Position numbers and translations under genes: made by a program. A DNA stretch of 62,287 nucleotides, filler included, from Rhabdomonas costata (lineage: Eukaryota), in assembly GCA_019059605.1 (NCBI GenBank). It is 13 parts of 13 records of this genome, joined end to end, with 100 filler letters (N's around TTAATTAATTAA, not from the genome) between each part and the next. Parts side by side here need not be neighbours in the genome. Positions count along the whole stretch, not along the records: positions 48,058 to 52,719 come from JAHMHO010000178.1; positions 52,820 to 57,532 come from JAHMHO010000179.1; positions 57,633 to 62,287 come from JAHMHO010000180.1; 10 more parts are not named here. The stretch is one strand, 5' to 3'. This document shows, in pieces, positions 51,052 through 62,287 of the stretch. The first letter of the stretch is position 1. Every line of letters starts with the position of its first letter. The notes below the pieces were generated by a model. It was not told the origin of the DNA, did not search any database, and was given only the letters and a program-made list of their open reading frames with translations.

Positions 51052-53440
51052 GCCTGTGGACCGTCCCTTCTCCTCCATCTCTCTCTCAACCCCTCTGGAT
51101 TTTGGGTGCGCAACAAGGCGTTACATTGTCGGAAGGGATTAGCTCCGAGTATGTTTAACTAGGACAACAGCTGTAGTAAAGTATTTTGATTTCATCTGCA
51201 ATGGCAACTCAAGTCAAGGGAGCCGAAATGAAAGGTGGTTTGGTCAACTGGCTGTGTTGAACGACTTTTTTACACGGCTGGGACTGGATTTTTGGAGATT
51301 CCATGGTCAATTTCCAAAAGTATACTTGACCCCGGGGGAACACTCGAGGAAATCCAAATCATTTTCTGTGGAAAAAACTGCAGTTTTTTCAACAGTTTGT
51401 AAAACAGTCAACGATGGGTGGGGTTCTCCAAGTCTTGGTCATCTCCACTTCAGAGATGTGCACCTGTATTGTTTGACAGTATCATTCATAGCCACCACTT
51501 CCCACTTCTGCACAGACGTCAACGTGCTTGGCTTCTCCACACTTTTGAAGACCATCTTTAAGCAAAGACCCTGGAAATCCCTGGAAATCACTCGCGCCCC
51601 GCGCGAGCGGGCAACCCCTATGTTAAGCATATGGTGCGACTTTCACATGAAAACGTGAAGCGAAGGGGATGACCTGGTTTGCGCAAGAGCTAATTTCGCC
51701 ATTGTTCTCTGCAACACCTCTATCGGCAAGATCGACCCCTTCGTGGTTGTACTCAAAGTAATTTACTGTCAAGGGATCTTTCTGTGTGCTTTGCTTGTTT
51801 GTTTGTGTTTTGTTTCTGTGGAGCCTTATCCAAACTCGTAGCTGTGGATCCTTGCGGAGCCTTATCAGTGCGCGAACCTGTGATCTCATATTCCTGTGCT
51901 TTGTTGTTGATACCGGGGTCGCAGCGAGAAACGCACTTTTGGAGTTTTATCCAGACAAATCCAAATGACCTTTGTTTGTGATAGATACCTGTGCATGCGA
52001 TACATACTCAGTGTGACAGCGTGGCGTGTGCAACAAGGGTTCTCATGTAAGTTACGCTTACCTCCTGATCCTCTCTCTTCATTTGCCTCAACGCACACTC
52101 GGGAACGCTTTTCTTTCGGGCACAGGGGCCGATTCCTTCCTTGTCATCCGCCAGCCCTGCTGCCCAGCCCGAGCAGCCGCCTCCACAAGAGGTAGAGATA
52201 TCTCCATATTCTGTCTGTGTCCAAAAGTCGTGCGTTACTGGAGATTCTGAACCGCTGAGTTGGCCGTTTGGGCTCGTTTTAGCAGTAACTCCCTCGGCAG
52301 GCGGACGTGACAATGAAAATGCAAAGTTTTTTTTAGAAGGCACTCTTGAGCAGCTGCGACTTGGAATAAGCAGCTTCCGACTTCGTTGTGGTTGGCCAGC
52401 CATCCATTAATTTGGGGTTATTCCTGTGGCGTGCTCGTCATCTCAACAAATTCTATTCAAAATTACAGGAGAGCTCACCTACCCCCGCGCAGCCGCTGCC
52501 GACAGAGGGAAGCCCTGCTGGACCCCCTCCAGATGAACAGGTGTAAACTTCTGCCTCTCGGATGGAAAAGTGCTTTATGCATATAAGCACGGTTTACGCT
52601 CAGTGTTGCCGATAAAAAACTTCCCTCCGGATCACCACCCTCGCCGGAAACTGCTTTAGCTATCCTTGTGAATTGGAAGGTATTTTTGGCATTATAGCCC
52701 GCGGCTATGCAAGAAACACNNNNNNNNNNNNNNNNNNNNNNNNNNNNNNNNNNNNNNNNNNNNTTAATTAATTAANNNNNNNNNNNNNNNNNNNNNNNNN
52801 NNNNNNNNNNNNNNNNNNNCGTAGGATGATGTTATGACTTGGTGTTGCTGGTGGTGTTGGCGGTTGGGTCGTAGCGATGTTGTAGTGCTTGATAGTGTCC
52901 CTGTCAGTGGGTTTATGGCTGGAGGGTGTGTGGCGTTGAGGGCTTCCATCAAAGGCATCAAGAGGTGTGCTTGACAATGAGGTGGAGGGCGGCCTTCTGA
53001 GGACTTCAGTTTCCATACGTCATACGTACAACTGCACGCTGAATTTCTGGAGCTTTCAGAACGGAAACTCGAAGGCATCTCGGAGAAATCACCTTCTGAG
53101 TTGCTCCCGCGCAACGAGAGGGAGCAATGTAGCCCGGATGAGAGGGGAACGCTTTGGTAAAGGTGTCTACCAAAAAGCCTGATCCATCGATAATGGATGG
53201 CACAACCTCCTCAACTCGCTGCTTACTCCGCTCAGGATTTATCCCGAAGTTAGCCAGAAACCAAAAACCAAACATCAGCGCGGAGATGTGGTGACGGCTG
53301 AAAGCTCTACTCCTATCACTCCCTCCAATCGTGTCTTGTTTTTAGCGAATACTGTTTTTTGGGGGGAATTCCCAACGATGTTTAAGCGGTGGTTTAACCA
53401 CTGGCATAAATCAACGCTTCTCCGAATGTGTACGCATCAG

Positions 53441-53747
53441 GTTCTTCGAGTGCAAGCACTGCCACACTCGGGTCACGGAGTTCTGCACCCTGTACCCCGG
53501 CCGGCCATGCCCGCGGTGTGGGCAAGGGGACTTCACTCGGGTCTCGCTGTGGAAGGACTTCCGGGTGCCGGAGCTACGGGGCCCAATGCAAGTTCGTGGC
53601 CCAGAGCTGGGGCTATGCCTGCGCTCGGACCCTTTGGCGTACGCCACCACAGCTGCGGAGGACCCCGACAGCACCACGGAGCAGCTGTGTTGTGGCGCGG
53701 ACGTGACACGTGGTTGTACCCCTTGTAAAATGCCAACGTGCATGTGA
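53441..53747 (+). CDS. MCM10: MCM10 C-terminal zinc-binding domain (last exon)
   Basis: After a CAG acceptor: RFFECKHCHTRVTEFCTLYPGRPCPRCGQGDFTRVSLWKD..MQVRGPE..CLRS, matching the Mcm10 C-terminus KRFF.C.C..R....P...C..CG...W.R..+.K....L..RGEE..FL.S; TGA at 53745-53747. Confidence 0.75.
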
Positions 53748-54040
53748 GTGTGCGGAGCTGTGCTCCTCAGCGCAGCTTTCGCTGTACTTTTCCCAGAATG
53801 CTTCCAGGAACGAAGCATATGCTTCGACCAGTGCTGCAGTCCTCCGCGGTGGCGATTTCGACCAGCTTTCCGGGAGGGTTTGCATCAGGAGGGAAATTTT
53901 CCCCCCGACGGTATGTTAGCAGTGGAGGCAGGAGGCAGGGTATGAAGGTGCGTTCGCTTGTCCGCCTGCTGGTGTTCAGTGAATCCTCTCATTTGCGAAT
54001 CGAGAAGGTCGGCAAGTGGACTGTTGTTGTGGGCGCGCAG

Positions 54041-56352
54041 CTGATGCAGCTGTTCCACATCGAGTGCATTTGTTGTTGCCCATGACTTTAATAACCCTTT
54101 CTAGTCAATCTCGCGAGCTGGGGTCAACGCATCCACCGTGGGGGATGGGGAGAGGAGAACATTGGAACCCTTTTTATCCTAACCGCTCCATCGCTCCGGG
54201 TTTCTAAACTCCGGCTTAGGCGAGTTTCTCTCGTGTTCCTTCCGGTATCTGTTGTGGAATGTAGGTCTTCAGCAACCCGCTGCAAGATGTCTGAGGAAGC
54301 TGTAGTGCAGCATGGGCCCCTGGGGCTCGGGCTGTGGTGCTTCGCCGCGGTACTGCACGGCTACCAGGCCTCGCTGATCCTCTCCCACGTACTCTCCCCC
54401 CGCTCTCTCTCGCTCTCTCTCTCTCTCTTGTATTCTTCTCCCTTCTTCCCACAAAACATCATCTCATTGAATTAAACGTGGGAAAGGTCTGCGTTGAGAC
54501 TCAGAGGCGGGCGAGGTGGGCGGCACGCAAGGCGCTTGGTTCGTCACAGAGATTGTTCATGCAAAACCTCAACGCTGTCCTCCGGTAACGGTAACGGTAA
54601 CGGTAAGTATGGTGAAGAATGTTGGGACGTAAAGTTGTGAGCTTTTTTACTTTCCGTTTCGATGCTTGATTTGATTTGATATTTTGCGGTGGTGTTAAGG
54701 TATGTGCATGTTGCGAGGTTAGCAAAGACCTTTTAAAGAAGCGGCACATTTTTTATTCGTTCGTGCTATTTTTAAATTGGAATTTTCTCACGGCAGCGGC
54801 AGCAAGCAAAAAAATGTTTACCGAGATTTTTTCAAAAGGAAAAGCCGCCAAGGGGCACGGGTGGGTCCCGGCCTAAGGGTGCAAGGACGTTTTGGTCTGT
54901 TTTTNTGGAATTTTCTCACGGCAGCGGCAGCAAGCAAAAAAATGTTTACCGAGATTTTTTCAAAAGGAAAAGCCGCCAAGTGGCACGGGTGGGTCCCGGC
55001 CTAAGGGTGCAAGGACGTTTTGGTCTGTTTTTGGGAGGCCCCCAACATACATACCCTAACATACATAGTAGACAAGACCCCGGGCCTGCTTCGGCTTTGC
55101 CCTTTGCCCAAACCACAACTCATTCAGCACAAGCACTTGAACAGGGGGCGTGTGTGAGCAAGCACGTTTTTAATCTTAGGCTTCCCTTCTGCGCGACTAC
55201 GAGGAAAACCTCGAGAGCGCCTCCCATGTGTGCCACCGCCTCAACTCTCTGCTGCCCTTCGAGCTAATCTTGCAGGCCGGCACGGTGGTGCTGATGGTCC
55301 TAAGTACGCCCACACCCTGATCTTACGACTCACGTCAGGCATTCAGAATGCCAATTCCCAATGGCCAATGACCACCATACCACACCAAAACAACACCACA
55401 CCATACTGTTGGGATAGGTCGGGAGAATTTCATGTCACGCTATTCCTGCAAGGAGTGCGTCGTTCCCACCGCAGGTGGACATTTTGTGGTGTTCTTGCTT
55501 GGGCTGCCGCTACTGCTCTATCAGCTGTACCTGTATGCCGTTTCCCTCGACTCCACTCTATCTTCTCACTCTCCAATATTCCCCCGACTCCCCAAACCTA
55601 TCACCCCAAACACCTCGGGGGAGGGAGGGGGGCGGTGGTCACCAGTCGCCCAAGCCTCGGAGATTTTCCCTGGGTACTTAAGCATCGGTCTAGGTCTTGA
55701 ATCGTCCAGGGCGAGTGCAGGTGGACCTTCTTTACCTTCTTTATGTTTTACTCTTCTGGTGCACCTGGGACTTTCTTTACTGTCCTCTCGTGAGCTTATT
55801 CATTTAGTATAGGTCCGAGAGAGGATTGTGGACGTTGAACGGGTTACGGGTAACCGTAATGCTTGCGGAGGGAGGACTGCATTTCCGTTGGTATTTCCAG
55901 TGCACGATTTCCACTCACCACCACCACCACCACCCGCCTTTCAGCCATTTAAGCGGTCCCGGGGTTCTCTCACTTGGCTTCCTCCCTGCTGTTGGAAGGT
56001 ACACGGCTTGGAAATCGGCGCTTTTCCCTCCCCCTGCTGTTTTCGTGGGTGTGTTACAGTTGACCGTTGAATCCCCTCTCATTAGGCCTCTCTCGAAGCT
56101 GTCTGGAAGTACTCCTGTCAACCATCAGCAACAGTACCGCTCCTGGGTGAGGGAGTGTGGGTTGGGGGAACGCGCAGGCTGCACATGGGCCATGAGAGCC
56201 TTCCGCCCAGTGAGCTGTGGAAGACGGTCGCCCGGGTGCGCTCCACTCTGCTCCGCAGGCTGTGCGCGGACTTCGCTCTGCTCGCCGTGGACGCCCTAAT
56301 GTATGTGTGTGTGTCCATCCACACCAATGTGTGTTTGCATGTTGTGTGTTGA
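54041..56352 (+). CDS. Cornichon/Erv14-family cargo receptor-like membrane protein; first and last exons uncertain
   Basis: Exons 54041-54063, 54265-54367 (GC donor), 55276-55303, 55475-55532, 56178-56300 give LMQLFHIE..VLHGYQAGTVVLMVLSGHFVVFLLGLPLLLYQLYL..HESLPPSELWKTV..LLRRLCADFALL, similar to cornichon L+GHW..FLL.LP.L.Y...H.+D.TEIF..L. Confidence 0.7.
54778..55032. repeat. 127-bp tandem duplication separated by a single N (unmerged scaffold overlap)
   Basis: 54778-54904 and 54906-55032 are identical except one G/T (aaggggcac vs aagtggcac). Confidence 0.9.
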
Positions 56353-56497
56353 GAATCCTTCGGGGAAGGGATGGGGGGCGGGGGCACGTTCGTCGTTTCT
56401 CTTTCTCTTTATGCAAGTCCGAAGAAAAGACAAAAGGAAAGAAAAATTAGTTGGGCAAGGTAATTTAGACTGGAAAGGGACAGCTCCAGCAACATAC

Positions 56498-57532
56498 AGC
56501 TTTCGCTCCCCGTCGAACTCAAGCTGAGCCGCCAGTCCGAAGTCCCCGATCTTCACTTCCTGAGCGGGGGCATTGCGTGGGAAGGTAGCAAGGCAAAAAA
56601 AAACTGGCCATAAAACTACTGAAAAAGGAGTGTATCGACCGCGTGCCACGTTAACTTTCCCTCCGTCTTCCAGGGGACTTGATTTTTTTCTTACCGATTT
56701 CACCTTTTTCAGCTTGCCGCACTGGAGTTTCGCAAGAAGAAGAAACGAAGAATCTGGGTTGAAACGGCACAAAAACTTTCAAAGGCAAACAATCACTATT
56801 TTTCATCTCGTGAGAGAAATTGTCCTTAAAGTGCCAGTGCGAAGGATTGCAGCGAAACAAAATGATGAGCGGTCTAACTGACGGGCAGCCGTCAGTTGCT
56901 GAGAGGCGTGTCGGCAAGCTTGTGGTTGTTGCTTTACTCTCCCCTCATCTGCGCAATACCATCTTGTCGTTGAGGAGGAGGTTGCCGAGCTTGAGGTCCC
57001 GGTGGATGATGTTGCGGCTGTGCATGTACTTCACTCCTTCCAGAGTCTGCATCATGATGTACGCCGCCTCAGGTTCGGTGAGTCGCCGTTTGCGCTTCTG
57101 CAGCTCCATCAGGGTCTGAGTGCAAGAGAACAATTCAAAGACCGAAACCTCACCGGAAAGGCGCAAAACAGCTGCTCCAATTCGGCTTGCGTGACATCCG
57201 GTGCGTTTCTTGCAACCACAGAAGCCTGGGTTGAGGGGTAGGTTTCGTGGATCTCTTCCATGTTTTTCATCCAAACTTTGGCAGGTTTCTCGCCTTTGGA
57301 AAACTTGACACGCAGAAAAGCTCCAACCAGAGAACAACCGACCTGCTCCGTGCACAGCTCCAGAAGGATGTACACGTTGTTGCTGTCCTCGAAGTACTTT
57401 TCGAACCGCACGACCTGGGGGTGGTGGAGGCTGCTGTGGATCTTGATCTCTGATCGCATCTTCTGGTGCGTCTTGGGCTTGGTCAGCGTCTTCTTCTCCA
57501 CCACCTTCGCCGCGTAGAGAACACCCCCCACC
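56498..57532 (-). CDS. PLK: Polo-like kinase, internal fragment (subdomains II-VII)
   Basis: Exons >57532-57343, 57115-56960, 56559-56498: YAAKVVEKKTLTKPKTHQKMRSEIKIH..YILLELC/TLMELQKRKRRLTEPEA..IHRDLKLGNLLLN/EVKIGDFGLAAQLEFDGERK. Confidence 0.95.
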
Positions 57533-59663
57533 NNNNNNNNNNNNNNNNNNNNNNNNNNNNNNNNNNNNNNNNNNNNTTAATTAATTAANNNNNNNNNNNN
57601 NNNNNNNNNNNNNNNNNNNNNNNNNNNNNNNNGTTTTTGGGTCAAATCTTTTATAAATCAGGTTCTTCATCATTGTGCCTTTGCTTCCAAAGCCCGGACG
57701 AAACCCGTTGATAAACTATGCCATATTGAATATATTACAATTTCCAAGAGGTAGATGCGTTGCGCCACAAAGTATGAGCAGTGGAAAGTCCTCAATTTAC
57801 CGCTTTGAAATAGCTTGGCATCAACACTTTATAGAGAGCTTTGAAACAAAGTCCGCGGTATAAACTTCAGCCCAGTATAATACTTAAACTTAGTACTTCT
57901 TGCATTCATCAACTGTATGAACGACAAAAAACATAAATCGTAAAGCATCAAATATGCTCAGTTCCACTAAGAGTATCATATTTTGTAAAGTGAATAACTA
58001 ACATCAACTGTGAGTACAACGCCGTTTAAAATTGCCAAATTCGTGTGGACTTAGTACAAATGCTCTTTGATAATCTACACCTCAGACGCACAGCTACATC
58101 GAAAGTGCTTTAACTCAAACTGGAATGGCAATTATGGATGCTGCATCAGTCAACACCTCTATGTTCTACCAAACTGCTTGCCACTATGGATGAGCTATCA
58201 AACTTCAACATTTTAAGTGCTGCTAAATATATGTGTGTTGTCCAATCCATTGTCTTTTGAAATTAAGAAATTAAATACTGCTAGATCCAACAGTCTTTCT
58301 GCCGTTTTTCAATTCTCTGATCCAAAACACTGGAAATAGATGAGCAGAGCATGCATTTGACGTTTTGAAGTGGTACGCAAAATAAAATATTGATCGTGAT
58401 TTACGCTCAGGATCCGCGGCTATTTTTTGGAGTTCATCTCCCGAAATTTTCAGAATTTCACGTACACAGTGAAAAGCTAATAATTTGTGGAAAAATAATG
58501 CATTGAATGTAATGTGTGTGTGTATCTTGTTGACTGCACATTCAACTCTAAACATTAGACTTAAAACTGAATTCAGCGATTTTGTTGCACTTACGTTTAA
58601 ACATGTGCTGCATAACAAACTTTTAGTTAATACAATGCGCAGTCTTCCTTACATCAATCAAAAGAGCTCATAATGCAGCATTTCCACATTAATTAGATGT
58701 TGCGGCTCGTTAATCAATATCCAGTTACAGCGAGCTCTCGTAAGCACAACGCATGCATTTTGATTGCATTCACCCAGTGACTGTAAAAACGCACTGGACT
58801 CTGCATCCAGCGCAAAGTGGTAAAAATACCAATCCAATAGCTTGTAAGAGGTCATTTAGCGTGAATGGGATGCTCTTTGTGCATTTCAGTCACACTGCCA
58901 CTGTCTGCGCCAGTTGTGCCACAGGGGCACACGCCGTTCGCGACGCAGACGATGCAAACTGAAATGGTGCTGTACACCACGTGGAATGCTATCACATAAA
59001 CGTTGACTCTTTTGCAAATACGGCCATACCACTCTTTCTTCGGTAACCTTGTTGACCTGACGTACGCTCATGTCAACGGGAGTTCCAAAGTATAACAAGG
59101 AAACTTACAGAAAACGTGCAGAGCGTCGGAATTGGCGTAGTTATTTCACCTCCAAGTCATCTTTTACCTCCAAGTATTCTTCATTATCTTTGCGCTACTC
59201 TACCAGATTAAGCCGAAACTAGGAGGATTGCAAGTGTTCCACCCGCACTGGCTGATCTCAGCAGCGACACAAAGAAACGATCGCAGACCACAATATGACT
59301 GGAGAGAGTCGTTTGTCTCCTGACTACTGTTGTTTTGCATGCCGCCGCAAAGCCTGTTCTACTGCTAAGCTGAGGTTTATTTAGCCCGACGAAGCGCAAT
59401 GGCGAGCGGAAATACAGGAAGAACATGCGGTAAAATTCCACGCAGCGCTCGCCGTTGTCTTATTTCAAGCATCGGCCTGGGGATTCATTGACCTACCACA
59501 AGGGTACAGTGTCAGCGTGGTAGAGTACATTTCTATACTTAGCAAGCTCCTTACTGAGAGTGATAGTGTATACCACAATGCTGACGATGCAGACGTACGG
59601 AGATTCAAAGCCGCAAACTTCAGTTCAATCAACGGCGACAATGTGACTTACAAATCCTGTGAC

Positions 59664-61321
59664 CACATCTTCCACTGCGAGCCCAGAGCCCACCGCCGCA
59701 GAATACACAGGCGGGCAGGGTCCCAGTCCCCGGTGCAGGTGGGCAAGCGGACGGCGCGGTACCCGACCTGCAGCCCACGGCCGTGGTAGTTGTCCCTCAC
59801 CAGAGCGGTCAGAGCTTCGACCAAGGGCCGAAGTGCGGGCCCCTCGCCCACCCCTGAGTTGTGGAAGGGGGGAGGGGTTGGCCACGAAAGAAATAAAGGC
59901 CAGCTCCCTCCTTGAGGCGGTGACTGTGAGCAGTGGCAGGACTTTGTAATGCGGTTGGGTCCAGGAAGGAACCCTCGGCGTCTTGAACAATTATTGTGCG
60001 GACCGGGGACAGAAACACGTCGCACGTGACACTTTAGTACATTGCTGCCGCGTGAAGGTTTTTGTCTGACGAATGACGCTCCCTTTTGTTCTTGCGTGCG
60101 CACTTGTTGAGTGAGACGAAGATCAACCAAAGGGTTGATCACGAAATGTGGGTATCTTCGCCTGCCTTGCCGTGGTGGAGGGCGCCTCCGAATACAAAGA
60201 GAGGAATACATCCTCTTGGGCAAACGATGCCCGTTCCCGCCATTTTTCATGAAATGAGAATTAAAGGGCTCTCCCCGGTGTTTTCCGAAACTGGATTGCA
60301 TGTGGGAGCCATCAAAAGACGACTGCGAGAAAGTTTTCCGCAAAAAATCAACTTCCACACACAGTGAGCTAACTAAATGCGGTGCCACGCACTTCCCAAG
60401 TACTCGTATGCGTCTGGTAGCTAGCTCAGAAAACGGAATAGCCCAGTGAAATATGAAAAAGATCATGCAGATTTCCAAAATCCGCCCCTCACCCCAATTG
60501 GTTATGCATCTCTTCTCCCCTAGGGTCAATCTTGGAAGATGCTGGAAGATGCAAGTTCTTATCTGAGATCAAATAGGCCGGGGCGAGGGTGGGGGTGAGG
60601 ACTCACTTGGAGTGATGTCGTAGAGCCAAACGGACTCCGAGAGATACGCCGAGCAGTTCGGGACAAAGCCCTTCCCACAGCGGCACCGGGGCCATCCGTG
60701 GGCTCTCAGGAGCTCCGGGTCGGGGTCCCGGACGATCATGCCGCAGTGGGACCACTGCGACAGCGTCAGCAACTTGATTCCCACGTGCTTCATGGTCGTC
60801 CCACAGAGCTTTTTTTGGAGGTGTACAAAATGTGTTTAATCGCTTGAAACCCCACTCAGGCGCAAACCCACTCATCCAATCCTGCCGCTCAGGAACGGGT
60901 TGAGGAATCAGAATCACCCCATCTTGCGCTCGAACCCATCGGGCAGAAAATTTCAGGTACCACAGTCCGAAACTTTGCTGGCGAAATGTCTCAGCAGTAA
61001 GGCTGCATTACCTTGCCGGTGCACCCCATTTGCCGCGGGTTACAACCTAGCCTGGCGACAGGCATGAGGGTTCGTGTTATGCTGGGGTTGGTGGCGAACT
61101 CGCTAACCCAAGCCGTAGAAAGTTGCACTTTCGATAAACCATCCGCAGCGCTGGGGAAAGGGGCGAGAAAAGAGAACTGCGGTCTTAAGCCGCAAAATGA
61201 GCGGGCAGAGTAGAGCTGGAAAGAGCAATTCCTGTATGCCAAGTCCGATACCAAGATCAGGTCCCCTGTGCGGGCAGTGCGGAGCAGCTCATGGATGTCG
61301 ATTATCGCCTGCTTCTTCGCG
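59664..61321 (-). CDS. Permuted papain-like (YiiX/YebB-like NlpC/P60) peptidase family protein, partial model
   Basis: Exons 61321-61252, 60808-60607, 59853-59664: RTGDLIL/LCG....GIKLLTLSQWSHCGMIV..YLSES..GPALRPL..VGYRAV. The GD+++..G...I...T.S.WSH.G pattern is typical. The exon carrying the catalytic Cys (FCS) was not confidently located. Confidence 0.75.
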
Positions 61322-62287
61322 CTTCCAGCCGGAGGGCAACATACATAGGGCCGGGAATTCATTGGTCCAATCAAAGGCACCCAAAAATGGCGAAATAAAC
61401 ACAGATCACCTGCAAGCTCACCTAAAAAACACACACAGATCAACTGCGTAACCTCGTGCCCGCGTGACGTGGTGAATCTCACATGGCCCCGAAGAGAGGG
61501 TCTATCCAGGAGGAAAAAGACACACAAATCCGTGTGCAGTGACCAATGATGAAAAACTATGTGCAGAAAGCGAGGTACAAAATGAGCCGTTTCTTACCGT
61601 CAGCTGTTCTGATCTGCTGTTTTTTTGCTAGATCAGATCCAACAGAATGGCAAAAAAAGTACCAAAAGAGAGCAGGACAACTGATTAAACAAGTTTTTCG
61701 GTGGGTCCATAAAGCGCTATCTGATGTTAGTGTGTGTGGTAGTGAGTAGGTGGCTGTCAAATAGGGTACTGCATTTTCTTCTCTGGAGTTGGTAGCACTT
61801 TGGAAACAAAATGAAAGAAACCGAATAAACTAACAGATTTATAAACCAAAGTGAAAGGGAGAAAGTGCAACATGGCATCTGAGCAACTATTTTTCTTGAA
61901 TGCACTTGTGCAAAACAAATGTCATCTACTATCAGGTGTTAAGGTTAGTGGAGAAACCGAATGAACTTCCACACGAGCAAACTTCCATGAAGTACTCTGT
62001 CGGTTATACGGTGTTTGGACGCATCCTGCGCAAGCAGGTTGTGCATGTGGTCATCAGAGAACCAAAAGCAGGAAAATCTACATTAACACGACATGGAAAG
62101 TTGACTAATGGCAAAATTGGTGGAACTTTTCTGTAACAATGGCACAAATAAACTGCTTCTATGAAACGATAACAGACAAAACTGACAGTGAGATCTGTGT
62201 GGAGGCATTGTTTGGGAGATGGCGTGAGTGAACGCTGTGGGTGTGGTGATTGTATTGTGCGCGGTGAAGCCAACTTCCACCACCACC

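Noticed and set aside
45081-53747. Genome-wide TGA reassignment to Trp
   Set aside because: TGA terminates VAMP7, both OPR-like genes, the mL59-like gene and MCM10 at plausible ends, and conserved Trp residues use TGG.
4778-57588. Regularly spaced TTAATTAATTAA as a biological repeat or CRISPR-like array
   Set aside because: Always embedded in N runs; it is a six-frame-stop linker.
57633-58900. AT-richer region as a foreign gene or element
   Set aside because: Only short ORFs with no recognisable motif; no call can be supported.
59648-60529. 293-aa ORF, and many other 60-230 aa ORFs in the track
   Set aside because: Mostly intron read-through or antisense shadows of real exons; only the 59853-59664 part fits a spliced gene.

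Overview
This is not one locus. It is 13 unrelated eukaryotic contigs of about 4.7 kb each, joined by artificial N-TTAATTAATTAA-N spacers (stops in all six frames). Fold-back ends and duplicated gap flanks suggest a fragmented, possibly whole-genome-amplified assembly. The DNA is from an intron-rich protist; co-oriented neighbouring genes, very degenerate donors and frequent GC-AG introns point to a euglenozoan, perhaps a euglenid (inference). Genes reconstructed by hand, mostly partial: NEK kinase, a giant surface protein with six bacterial/phage-type cupredoxin-like repeats, a PSI-repeat protein, two tandem intronless 39-aa OPR-like repeat proteins, a putative mitoribosomal mL59-like protein, U2 snRNP A', an MIU-motif protein, adrenodoxin reductase, a parallel beta-helix protein, VAMP7, an R-S-E mono-ADP-ribosyltransferase, the MCM10 C-terminus, a cornichon-like protein, Polo-like kinase and a permuted papain-like peptidase. 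A decayed Ty3/Gypsy element fills one contig. No rRNA, tRNA or CRISPR array was seen. The best candidates for new biology are the 39-aa repeat family, the ART with an LRR-like tail and the ligand-less cupredoxin array. All family assignments come from recalled motifs, not database searches.
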